A stretch of 64,000 nucleotides of DNA from Podarcis erhardii (taxonomy: Eukaryota): NCBI GenBank assembly GCA_964252035.1, contig OZ176216.1; one strand, written 5' to 3'. This document shows, piece by piece, positions 37,675 to 48,618 of the stretch. A model generated the notes under the pieces. It was given only the letters and a program-made list of their open reading frames with translations. It was not told the DNA's origin and did no database searches. Position numbers and translations under genes: made by a program. Positions within the stretch are counted from its first letter, which is position 1. Every line of letters starts with the position of its first letter.

Positions 37675-38203
37675 CTCCAGTCCACAAACACTTATGACAT
37701 AAATCTGTTAGTCTTTTAAACAATGCTGCAAAACTGTTTGTTTTCCCTGTGAGGTTCGTTAAGTTAAAAGATGCTCAGTGACCCAAGGCACACTTTGAGC
37801 TCACACTTCGACTTTATGGGGATTTGAAATTTGGCCTCCCCAGTCCAAATCTAACACACTATCCACCATTCTAGGGGTAGTTAAGGTGATGCTCTTCAGA
37901 CATTGTTGGACTACAACTCCCATCAACCCCAGACAGCAGGGCCAGGTATGATGGGAGTTGTAGTCCAACAAGATGTGGAGACACCAAGTCAGCTACCCCA
38001 GCACTTCATTGCATGATGCTTCTCCTTTTAGGCTCATCTTGCACTCTGGTACTGATTGGTACCATGAATTCCCCACCCCAAACTTCCTAGATGTCATAGC
38101 ACATTCTGGATCCTAAAACTCTTTCACAGGACGGCAGTTGTGCGTTTAAAATCTCATTTCTTATTTAGTACATTATTTGTAGGAGCAGGTGCAGATTCAT
38201 ATA

Positions 38204-38684
38204 TACTGTATTTTTCGTCCCAAAGGACGCTCCGTCCCATAGGACGCACCTAATTTTGGGGGGGGGAAATAAAGGAAAAAAAATTTCCCTTTATTTCCCC
38301 CCCAAAACCAGGTCGGGGAAACCAAAGCAGGTCGGGGAACAGCGGGATGGCGGCGCTGCACCTCCCCGCTGTCCCCCGAGCTTGTGGGGCTAGCCAATGT
38401 CTGCCCGGCGCGCGGGGCGCTCTGCTTCAGGGCGCCCTGTGCGCCGGGCGGCAGGCGGCACGCTGCTATCCGCAGCCTAGGGAGCCCTGCGGGAACTCCC
38501 GCGGGCTCCCCAGGCTTGCTGATAGCTTCCTGAAGCCTGGAGAGCGAGAGGGGTCGGTGTGCACCAACCCCTCTCGCTCTCCAAGCTTCAGCGAAAGCCT
38601 GTATTCACCCCATAGGACGCACAAAGATTTCCCCTTCATTTTTGGAGGGGAAAAAGTGCGTCCTATAGGACGAAAAATATGGTA
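38204..38684. mobile_element. Tc2/pogo-type non-autonomous DNA transposon with CpG-rich interior
   Basis: TA-flanked TIRs CTGTATTTTTCGTCCCAAAGGACGC...GCGTCCTATAGGACGAAAAATATGG. Accounts for the local GC-rich ORFs. Confidence 0.75.
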
Positions 38685-39363
38685 AATCCCTCTTAGCCAT
38701 TAATTCTGTCTAGGTTAGCACAATAGAAAATCTACTGTGTTTAATTTGGTCTTGAATTTTAAGTAGTATTTGTGAATTATCTTTAAAAGGCTAGAGTCAT
38801 ACAGTTAGAGGGGTTTACGGATTTTGGTTTAATGTTCCCATTATTATCTTAACACAGGAAAGGAATTTTAGCCAATATCTTGCATTTTCAAAACACATCT
38901 CAGAGTTTGATGTAGGCTAATACTACTTGGAAGGCTCTGGGAGCAGTTACAAGGAATTGCCTAATACAGAGGCAGACCAGTGACCTGGTTATCTCTGTAA
39001 ACTCCAACCCTGACTAGGTCAGAGTTCTTATCCTGTGCACACTCCGGGCCAAAACTTTTAAATGGAAGTATTGGTGATTGAACTTTAGGCCTCATGCATG
39101 TGAAACATTTTGTTTGCTGCTACTGGTATGTGTTCCTTTATGTGGGAAGAAATGTTTCTCAATGCCTCTGCATATCCAGCCAGAAGAGGAAATAGTGGTG
39201 TACCACATAAACAGATGGACTGATGGGTAAACCAAACATAGGCTGACCTTTTACAAATGGAAAAAAACCTCCAACCTACTCCTACTCAGACTCCAATGTG
39301 ATCATATGTTTAATGTCATGTCTTAAGCATTTGTCAGTGAAGCACATCAGATCTGAATCTGGT

Positions 39364-39500
39364 ATTTTAGATGAGCTTGAATTTTAGATGAGGTTGAATA
39401 AGGCCTTAATCATTTTCAGTATTTTAGATGAGTTTGAATAAGGCCTTAATCATTTTCAGTATTTTAGATGCGTTTGAATAAGGCCTTAATCATTTTCAGT
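39364..39500. repeat. 40-bp minisatellite, 3 full units plus a 17-bp partial unit
   Basis: ATTTTAGATGAGTTTGAATAAGGCCTTAATCATTTTCAGT-like units at 39381, 39421 and 39461, with 1 difference each. Confidence 0.95.
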
Positions 39501-41407
39501 ACACTCAACCCAATGCCCTCTTTGAAATGAATGGGAGTTGTGCAGGAGTGCAGTTGTATTCTCACAATGCTTCTAGTCATTTTTACTTGCATTGTGCAAA
39601 CAAATGATGCTCCCAGTGGATTTTTCTTTAGTTATGTGACACAACTGTGTTTGTTTATTGGGGTGGGGGGAGCCCTTTGGTATATTCGGTGAGGGTCACA
39701 GCACCAACAGAATTCTATAGTATTTGAATATCACTCATTTCCAAGATGCTTTATTTTCCCTATTTGTCACCATTCATTGGTCCAGACCTTGGGGTGATCT
39801 CTGTCCACTAGGAGGCAGGTTCTTTTAGAAGAAAGACTCTGCGGGGTTTGGACTAAGAGGCTCCTCCCCAGAGCCAGTCTTTCTGCTGCCTCTGCGCCCA
39901 ATGGCCATGGACCACTGCCTGGTGAATAAGTATGAGGATAATCCACAGGTAAGCACATTCTAAGTTTTCACGTGTCTTTCAAAATGCTTAGAAATGAGGC
40001 TCTGCCTGTCTCCTCATATTCATACAGCTGATTCACATGCCATGCTAAGCCATAATTTGTTTTAAACCATGGATTAATCCTGCAGCATAGCCTCCTTTAG
40101 ATAGTGTGGCTTCTTGTGTTCTGCAAACCTGAATCATAGTTTTTTAAAAAAGAAACACAAGCGTTAAGCCAGAAATAAGCTAAAATTTTGTTTTTCACTT
40201 GTTTCTGGCTTAACATTCATGGCATGCTTCAAACAAACAAATCAGAGTTGCATTCACATGACACAAGAAGTTATGCCATGCCTTGTTTTTGTTTCTCGCA
40301 GCACCCACAGAAGCAAGCCATGCAGGGCATGCCATGGCAGCCATGCTCACTACTAACCCATGTTTTAAAACAAACTGGCTTATGAAGACACAGAACTTTC
40401 TAGAGTATGTGAAGTAATTGATGCATCTGAGCAGGTTCAGGATGCCATTCTTGTGTATCATTGATTGGGGGCCACATGACTTTCAGGCAATTGGTCTTCT
40501 AGCATAGCTCCTTCTAGAAATTGGGCACTGACAATAAATCTCTTTTGAGTCTGTCTATTTCAGCCCCTTGATGGGTATCAAAAGTTGTTGCCTGTTAAAG
40601 TTTTCCCCAGGATTCTTAAATGTAACTTTTGCTCTCAATGATTTTTAAGCCCTTTTGAGTGAATTGGGGTTTTCATTTGCTGAGCAGCACAGGTTCTTTG
40701 ATGGCTTTGAGTACCCTAATTGCCCTTATTGATATTGAGCTTGGGTTCCATGTCTTGAATGAACAGCCCCATGCTTGGAGAATGCATAAAAGTTCTTTGC
40801 TTCTCATCTTTGACTTACTCTAAAGTGCCCAAAATATTGCACTAGAATATTATATGTTGTACAATGACTAAACCTGGCAGGGCAGGAATTGGGGAAGTTG
40901 TGGGTTCCATGTTTTGCTGAACATCGCATCTCACCAGCCACTTCTGATGGCCAACATTCAGGGAAGAGGGAAGTTGTTGTCCAGCAACATATGGAGGCTT
41001 TAGGGTTCCATCCCCTTCTTAGATTCAGGCAGAGAGAGGAATAAGATGTTCATTTAAAGACATGCAAAATATTGCCTACATAGGCAAATACTTTGAAAAT
41101 AAAATTCAGAACATATTTGTGTCCTTGGTGTGGTTGGTAACCTATGACATTGAAGCAAGTTCCTGGTTGATTTTAAAGGTTCTGAACATGAAAAGTCACC
41201 CCTTCTTAATACTTTGAATTCTAGACTTCCCCTTTATCTTCATATTAAAGCTGGTCTTTTCCCGAACTCAGGACTCTCCCTGAAGCACTGAGATGTATTG
41301 CCTGCAGCCAGAACGCCAGCTGGCAGATTAAAGTCTATGCACTCAAAGAAGAATGTAGAGAAATCAGGACTTTGCTATTGAACGTCATCCCTCATTGAGG
41401 AAAGAGA

Positions 41408-41410
<3 letters not shown>

Positions 41411-41446
<36 letters not shown>
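41411..41446. repeat. (GA)n microsatellite
   Basis: Directly visible, about 30 nt upstream of the exon-8 acceptor. Confidence 0.95.
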
Positions 41447-41448
<2 letters not shown>

Positions 41449-41478
41449 CCTGTAATGGAAACCATTCTGTTCCCTCAG

Positions 41479-41579
41479 GTTCTGTAGAAAAGAAGCAACA
41501 GAGAAGATCAATACGAACTCGCTCAGAGTCTGAGAAATCCACTGAAGTTGTGCCAAAGAAGAAGATCAAAAAGGAGCAG
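41479..41579 (+). CDS. NSD3: NSD3 exon 8 (101 nt)
   Basis: SVEKKQQRRSIRTRSESEKSTEVVPKKKIKKEQ matches the recalled human sequence. CAG acceptor, weak donor GTTGGC. Confidence 0.96.
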
Positions 41580-43006
41580 GTTGGCTTCCTCCATGTAGAG
41601 AGTTAAAATATACTGTATACATACTTTCTGTGGCTTAATATTGATGCCTTTTTATTTCTACCTACCCACCTGCCCCTCTATATCCCCCATTGGGTTTGCT
41701 TTTGGACTTCCCCTCCTGAGATCCTCTCCCTCAGTAAATATTGCTGTTAACTGATATCCCTTTTCAGCATCAATCACACTTTGGATAAATGGGAACACAG
41801 TGACATCTTCATGAGCTGATACGTTTACTTTGGCTGTTTCTGTTACAAGCATAGTGATTTTATGTTTCAGTGTTTTCTCTGGAAATGCTACCAGCTTCTT
41901 TCTTGTCTTACCCTTGGTTTAGCTGCTGGTTTGTACTGAGGTTTTAGTTTGTTTTCAAAGAAAAGCTAGATGGATTTGTTTGGTTACTCTTGAAAATTTA
42001 CTATTAGCATAATCATTATTTAAAGGCTATAGCCTTTTATCTTAGCAGAAGGGGAAGAGCATCATGATGGGTTGATTTCCTTTTGTCCTTTAAGTAGAAC
42101 CAACATGTACAGGGCATTCCTTTTTAAGGATACTGCTTTTGAAACTAGCCAGTTGTAAGTGAAGAGGAATAGGCAAGTTGCATACTACCCATGCGATATA
42201 TGGATTTTGCAGGTTTCAAGAAGGTTATTGTCACTGTTTCAACTGTTTCAGTATGCTCCCATTTTAAATTTAAGGGCAACCCACCTTGAACCATATACAC
42301 TATGTAATAAAGATTCTCTAACACGATTATTGCAAGGGCCAAGTAATGTTGGGGGGGGGACATTTCTTGCAATTACAATTCTAATAAACTTTAAGCGTGT
42401 TGCACATGATTTCTTGGTTAGCTGAAAGTCTTGAAAATACATCATCACCGTTCTATTTAAATATCCACTCTGTTGCTGCCCTGTTCAACATTTCTCTTGT
42501 TGGATTTCCAAAATGGTGGAAGTTAAAGGACTATGACTTCAGTGCAATATTTTTAATTAACCATGGTACAAGAACCACATGCCATTGTTCCCCAAGTAGT
42601 CTTGCTTGCTTTATACTATGTAGCTAATTAAGACAACATAGTATATTGTACTCATGTTTTTCAGGAAGAGCATATGGCCAGCAAAACTTAATGGTCAGAG
42701 ATGCACTGTAATGCATAAGCTTGGATGTGATATATGTTGAGAAAGGCGTCCTGATACCTTAGGATTCTGCAACCATATTTGTTTCCCAGGGTCGAGCTTT
42801 GTTGCAGTGAATTTCCAAATTTTTTCTGCATCCTTTCGGTTTTAAAATTATAACTGGAATTTTAATTACAAATGAGAGATGCAATGTTAATTCTGTTGCA
42901 GTGAGTGGTAGTGAAATACAAGTGATTGTTTAGATTTTATATTTGTATTATCAATTGTATCCTATACAAATCCTTCTATTGTATGTTTTTATCCATTGTA
43001 CAACGA

Positions 43007-43048
43007 AATAAAATATTTTTAAAAAATTATAGAATAATCCTTAATAAA
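43007..43048 (+). terminator. Candidate intronic polyadenylation signals (AATAAA at 43007 and 43043)
   Basis: Several TGTA elements within about 70 nt upstream and GU/U-rich GTGTTTCTT downstream. Lies 1.4 kb after the in-frame read-through stop at 41604-41606. Confidence 0.55.
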
Positions 43049-43098
43049 TATCTATGAGACGTGTTTCTTACATGCACATATAACCAACCTGTGTAGAT

Positions 43099-43134
<36 letters not shown>

Positions 43135-43846
43135 AGTGGCAATTTTAAGCCTAAAAGCAAGATCTTAGCAAAAGCAGCTGCTTGCAACTACCAAATTCAC
43201 AACTTGGGTGTACTCTGGAAGAAAGCTTGCCTTCCAATGTAGGATCCAAGACACTGATCCTTGAGGCCATGAAGTGCTTTCACAAGGTCGCCAGCTTGCC
43301 TGCCCAAGCACTGTGCTGATGTTGCTGTATAGAGGCCTGCAATGCCTCCTGCTCCGCTCTGCCTTTGCAGCACTCTATACAGAGGAGCAGCCCATGGCCT
43401 CAGAAGCTCAAGTGTTTGCTGAGTGGAAGTGCCTTTTTTAAAAAAATGGGGCCGTAAGTTAAGCGTCACATGGAACTAGAGTGTCCTGTTTCTCTTTATT
43501 TTTCTTGGCCATTGTAGGGGTTTTCTGTAGCCCAAGGAGTGGCTGCTAAACCCCCTCTCCTGATTCCTGGACCAAAGATAAAGCCATTCCATCACTAAGT
43601 ACACAAAGTGAATGATTTGAAGTAAACACAGTTCAGGGGAGGCGCCTCATCACCCAGTTCAGAGAAGGCAGCGTCACTTATCTCCATAAGAGGTGGATCA
43701 GAAACGACTTGCTGGGGTGGGGTGGGGGTGGAGATGGCAACATGAGTTTCCCTTTTGCTAATTGCTTGCATTGAAGTTTCATTTCCTCTGTTATACTAGG
43801 GAACAGGAAATTCCTCTATTAATTGCTTGTTTTCCTGTCCAAACAG

Positions 43847-43892
43847 GTGGAAACAGTCCCGCAGACAACACTGAAGACTGGATTACAGAAAG
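43847..43892 (+). CDS. NSD3: NSD3 exon 9 (46 nt, VETVPQTTLKTGLQK)
   Basis: CAG and GTGAGT junctions, phase 0 to 1. Resembles human VETVPQATVKTGLQK. Confidence 0.94.
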
Positions 43893-44593
43893 GTGAGTAG
43901 TGCTGCTTATAACCCAAAACTTGGTATACAGCCTATATCATTTTTACTCATCTATGCCTTCCATGTTGTGTATGTAAGTAATCCATGTAGGCATTGTAGT
44001 CCCACATCTAACAACCACCTGCCTAACCACCTCTTGCATATTTCAATGTGCACATCTGAATGGAGTGTAGGACTGTACTTCATTGCCTCAAGTCGTCCTT
44101 GTCCCCCTTTTCCATGCTACTTTATAGATTATTGGAGCGCTTACTAGGGAAATAGGACTGGGATTCACAGACTTTGCCCTGGTCTGAAGTCATTGCTTGC
44201 CAGAATAAGAGTTTGCTTGACAACTGGCTCATTCACCTACTGCCCAGTGGTAGCCAGATCAAATAAAAAGGGAATGAACCAGGTCCCTGAGCATAGGGAC
44301 AACAGCATGCTTTTAAAGTTCTTTTTAAAAGCTTGCAAAAAGCAGAGACACTCCTTCTTAATCTCTTGCATTAACAGTTAATGCAGTGAACATAAGATCC
44401 CACCTGGATAAGACCAGAAGCCCATCTAAAATTCCCACGGCAACTGATATTCAGAGACATCCTACCTCTGATGTTGGAGGTAATATTTATTTATTATTTA
44501 AAGAATTTTTAACATGCTGTTCAGCCGAAAAAGGCTTCTAGAGTGGCCAAAACATAGGAGTTGCCGATCTTTCAGCAGATCCCATAGAGAGGT

Positions 44594-44596
<3 letters not shown>

Positions 44597-44627
<31 letters not shown>
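44597..44627. repeat. (CT)n microsatellite
   Basis: Directly visible. Confidence 0.95.
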
Positions 44628-44630
<3 letters not shown>

Positions 44631-46277
44631 CCTTATGGGATGGCTGTGGATAGATGACAGTTGAGGGAAGAGCCTGATGGATCTGGTCTCTCAGCAGAGT
44701 AGATGGATAGGCCCTGCGGTCCTGTCTCTCCTTCTGCTAGATCAATCAGGTCTGGTAGCATTGGATCTGTTGCACTGACCTACAAGAGCTAGGGAAAGTT
44801 TGGCAGGCAGGCAGGGATCAAAAGAACTAAATCAAATCAAAAGAGCTTTGTTGCTGGTTCCATGAGCCTCAGAAGCCTTTGGGCTTGTGTTTCTCAAACA
44901 CTCATCTTGCATGTCACATGGAAAGCTGATTTGGTGCGGAGGTCTTGTTTCAGAGGAATGGGGTGGGTGCGAGAGTTTTTAAAAATTCTTTAGGCTTTCT
45001 TAAGTAGTGTGATGGATTTTAGCCTTTGTCACTGGTGGCAAGGCAGGGACAAGACTTATTATTTCCAGCTCCTCTGTCCCCAATAACTGTCATTGAAATA
45101 GTTATGACCTTGGTCTTCTCTATCACACTACGTATGAACAAAAGGATGTCAATTCAATATAAGCTGGAAAATGTGTGTGGTGATAATTGCTTCTGGTGCA
45201 GCCTTTTGTGTATAAGAGCAGACAATTTGCAGAAAGTGTAAAAAGTATCCTTGCCAGGGTGGCTCACTGTGACAGCTATAGGTCTGTTCCAACATTTCCC
45301 TGGCCCCTCTGAGAGAGGTTCGGAGGGTGGTGAGAAGGCAAAATACTTCTTTCTGTTGTCTCCCTCCCCACCATTTAAGGAATGCTCTCTCCTGGCAAGG
45401 GCCTCTGATGCCAACATGAACATCCTTTCAGTGCCAGGTTAAGATGCCTGTCTTCTCCAAGCATTTGAGGGAATGTGATTACCACTCTTACTGCTGTTTC
45501 TGTGCAAATATTATTTGGAGGGGAGGATGGTATTATTTTATTCTTAAATTTGATGATGCACTTAAAAAAAATCATGCAAGTCATTGAGACATTTTGTACT
45601 AGGTGACAAATAATCATTATAATAACAGCAATATGCCATTGATATGTGTAAACTGCCCCAAAGCCTACTGAAGAATAGGGTAAAAAAATCTATAAATAAC
45701 ACTATTCAACCCCCCTTTCTTGCTGCCTTTTTAAGCATGCTTTGAATTTTAGTTTTGTGGGGTTTAGCTTTGTAGGGTTGAGCATCATTGCCTCTTCCCT
45801 GACCTTTACGTACTGTATAGCATTCAACATCAGTTGTTTTTATTACTGTTTTAGTGCTTACACTGTAAGCAGCCTTGAAAATATTTCATATTTAAAGACA
45901 GGTTATGGATGAATGAAATAAACACTATACAAAGCACCCTCACCCCCTGCTACTCCCTTCTTCTCCATGGTGCCTCCCAGATGTTGTGGATTCCCTACTC
46001 TCATCCAGTCCAACCAGCATGACCAGTGGTCAGGAATGAGGGGAGATGTAGTCCTGCAGAGCACCCTGGGGGCTACCTCTGATCTATGGGTTGGAGTGAC
46101 AATCTTTCAAAGAATTGGAGTTATCTTAGTGGACTAGTTGCAATTTTTAAAGCTTTTAAACTAAGTGTCTTGTCAGTTCCATCTCTGCATGTGTCTACCC
46201 AGCCCCTTAGTTTCTCCTTCAGTGTTTAATACATTTAAGAGATCTTTTAAGATTAATTCCAGTATGTTGTATTCAAG

Positions 46278-46408
46278 GTGCCAGTGAGATTTCAGATTCT
46301 TGTAAGCCTCTAAAAAAAAGGAGTCGTGCCTCAACAGATGTAGAACTGACTAGCTCAGCATACAGAGATACATCTGACTCTGATTCGAGAGGTCTTAATG
46401 ATCCACAG
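46278..46408 (+). CDS. NSD3: NSD3 exon 10 (131 nt)
   Basis: GASEISDSCKPLKKRSRASTDVELTSSAYRDTSDSDSRGLNDPQ. AAG acceptor, GTACAT donor. Confidence 0.95.
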
Positions 46409-46587
46409 GTACATGTTTTGTATTTCTTGATGTGCTTTGAAATGGGCAAATAACTGGTGATAGTGAACTGTGCATAATTTCTCCTTGATTAGTCAGAGCA
46501 TTTTACATTGAAAATGGAAAATGTAGGGAGTAGATTGGTGTTATGGACAGAGTTGCATATTTCAAAGATTCAGAATACATCCTAGCT

Positions 46588-47422
46588 ACAACAACAACAA
46601 CAACAACAACAATAATAATAATAATTTTTTTTTATATCCCGCCCTCCCCAGCCGAAGCCGGGCTCAGGGCGGCTAACAATAATCAAATAATCAAACAATC
46701 AAATAATCACACACTCTAAAAATATTTCATTATAAAAATTAATTAAAATCAAATTAATGGCAACCGATTAAGCAAAATTCTGTGCAGGTTGCCAGAGGAG
46801 GGAGTCAGGCTGCGCCCTGACCAAAGGCCTGGTGGAACAACTCTGTCTTGCAGGACCTGCGGAAAGATGTCAGGTCCCGTAGGGCCCTAGTCTCTTGTGA
46901 CAGAGCGTTCCACCAGATTGGAGCCGCAGCCAAGAAGGCCCTGGCTCTAGTTGAGGCCAGCCTAACCTCTCTGAGGCCTGGGAGCTTGAGGATGTTATTA
47001 TTTGCAGACCGTAGGTTTCTCTGTGGGGCATACCAGGAGAGGCGGTCCCGTAGGTACGAGGGTCCTAGGCCGTATAGGGCTTTAAAGGTTAAAACCAGCA
47101 CCTTAAACCTGATCCTGTACTCCACCGGGAGCCAGTGCAGCTGGTATAGTACCGGATGAATGTGATCTCGCAGCGAAGACCCCATAAGGAGTCTCGCCGC
47201 GGCATTCTGCACCCGCTGGAGTTTCTAGGTCAGTCTCAAGGGCAGCCCCACGTAGAGCGAGTTACAATAATCCAGTCTGGAGGTGACCGTCGCATGGATC
47301 ACGGTGGCTAGGTCAGGGCGAGAGAGATAAGGGGCCAACTGCTTAGCTTGGCGGAGATGAAAAAATGCCGCCTTTGTTATAGCTGTAATCTGCGCCTCCA
47401 TAGAGAGGGAGGTATCGAAGAT
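46588..47422 (-). mobile_element. L2 LINE 3' fragment
   Basis: Minus-strand SRLDYCNSLYVGLP, QNAAARLL, LHWLPVEYRIRFKVLVLTFKAL, with one in-frame stop. (CAA)n(TAA)n tail at about 46588-46624. Confidence 0.9.
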
Positions 47423-47850
47423 TAACTTACTCAGAATCTCAGCTACTGCTCCTTTCCTCCCTCTCTCTTAATTCATTTAGCAAGGTCCTATGGTTGTGAA
47501 AATACTCAGTTTTGCTCCTTTTGCTTCCTCCAACTGGCAGACTAAATTATTGAAAATAAGATGCTAAGTTCCATACCACACAATTCAGCTTTTCTTATTT
47601 CAGATTTTGGTGCAGTCCCCCCCCCCCCCAAGGCTGTGAGGTTTTCCTCATTTACACATTGTATTGATACGAATTTGGAAATGGCAGAACATACTATAGA
47701 GTTGATCTAAAATAAGAGAGAAGATTTCATAGAAAATTTCAATGTCTATCATATTATTATGGTTTTCTCTTTCAATCAGTGGCATTTATCTTTTGTAGCA
47801 TTCCTTTTAAAAAGTTGGCAATATAAATGGCTGTGGGCTTTTTCTTTTAG

Positions 47851-47979
47851 GGTAGCTTTGGAAAACAGTCAGACAGCCCTTCAGCTGCAGCAGATGCTGA
47901 TGCTTCTGATGTACAATCCGTGGACTCAAGTTTATCAAGAAGAGGTTCTGGGACAAGTAAGAGAGACACAATATGTCAG
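47851..47979 (+). CDS. NSD3: NSD3 exon 11 (129 nt)
   Basis: GSFGKQSDSPSAAADADASDVQSVDSSLSRRGSGTSKRDTICQ. TAG and GTAAAT junctions. Confidence 0.94.
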
Positions 47980-48136
47980 GTAAATAAAAAGTGTGGCAGG
48001 GTCAAGGCTGCAATCCTATACATGCACTCATAGGAGCAAGAGTAAGTGAGACTTACTTCAGAGTAAAAATGCACAGGATTGAGCTGCACTGCTTTCAGCT
48101 AAAACCTTTTGGACAACACAAGGTCAGCACCATGCT

Positions 48137-48305
48137 AGGTAAAGGTAAAGGGACCCTTGACCATTAGGTCCAGTCGTGACCGACTCTGGGGTTTGCGGCG
48201 CACATCTCGCTTTATTGGCCGAGGGAGCCGGCATACAGCTTCCGGGTCATGTGGCCAGCATGACTAAGCCGCTTCTGCCCAACCAGAGCAGCGCACGGAA
48301 ACGCC
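48137..48305 (-). mobile_element. Sauria SINE, 5'-truncated
   Basis: GGTAAAGGTAAAGGGACCCTTGACCATTAGGTCCAGTCGTGACCGACTCTGGGG, same family as the 15763 copy. Confidence 0.8.
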
Positions 48306-48372
48306 TACATGATGTTTAAATCCCAGCATGGACTTGAAAGCTATTTAGCTGATTCAAGCCTTCGTTAAGAAA

Positions 48373-48618
48373 TACAGTGGTACCTCGGGTTAAGTACTTA
48401 ATTCGTTCCGGAGGTCCGTTCTTAACCTGAAACTGTTCTTAACCTGAAGCACCACTTCAGCTAATGGGGCCTCCCGCTGCCTCTGTGCCACCAGAGCACG
48501 ATTTTTGTTCTCATCCTGAAGCAAAGTTCTTAATCCGAGGTACTATTTCTGGGTTAGCGGAGTCTGCAACCTGAAGCAAATGTAACCTGAAGCGTATGTA
48601 ACCCGAGGTACCACTGTA
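48373..48618. mobile_element. Tc1/mariner-type MITE, family A (orientation A)
   Basis: TA-flanked near-perfect TIRs. Confidence 0.88.

Noticed and set aside
38197-38685. GC-rich patch with ORFs suggesting an internal CpG-island promoter
   Set aside because: Entirely inside a TA-flanked TIR element.
39364-39500. Regular repeats as a CRISPR-like array
   Set aside because: Head-to-tail units with no unique spacers, in a vertebrate intron; an ordinary minisatellite.
39786-39948. Strong donor CAG|GTAAGC at 39949 with several upstream AGs (cryptic exon)
   Set aside because: The acceptors I translated (39785 and 39828) give stops or frameshifts, and there is no independent support. Such sites are common by chance.
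45251-45442. Phase-1-compatible ORF after a CAG in intron 9 (GWLTVTAIGLFQHFPGPSERGSEG...) as the short-isoform exon
   Set aside because: The sequence looks like a decayed L2 3' end, the pyrimidine tract is poor, and the resemblance to the human peptide is superficial.
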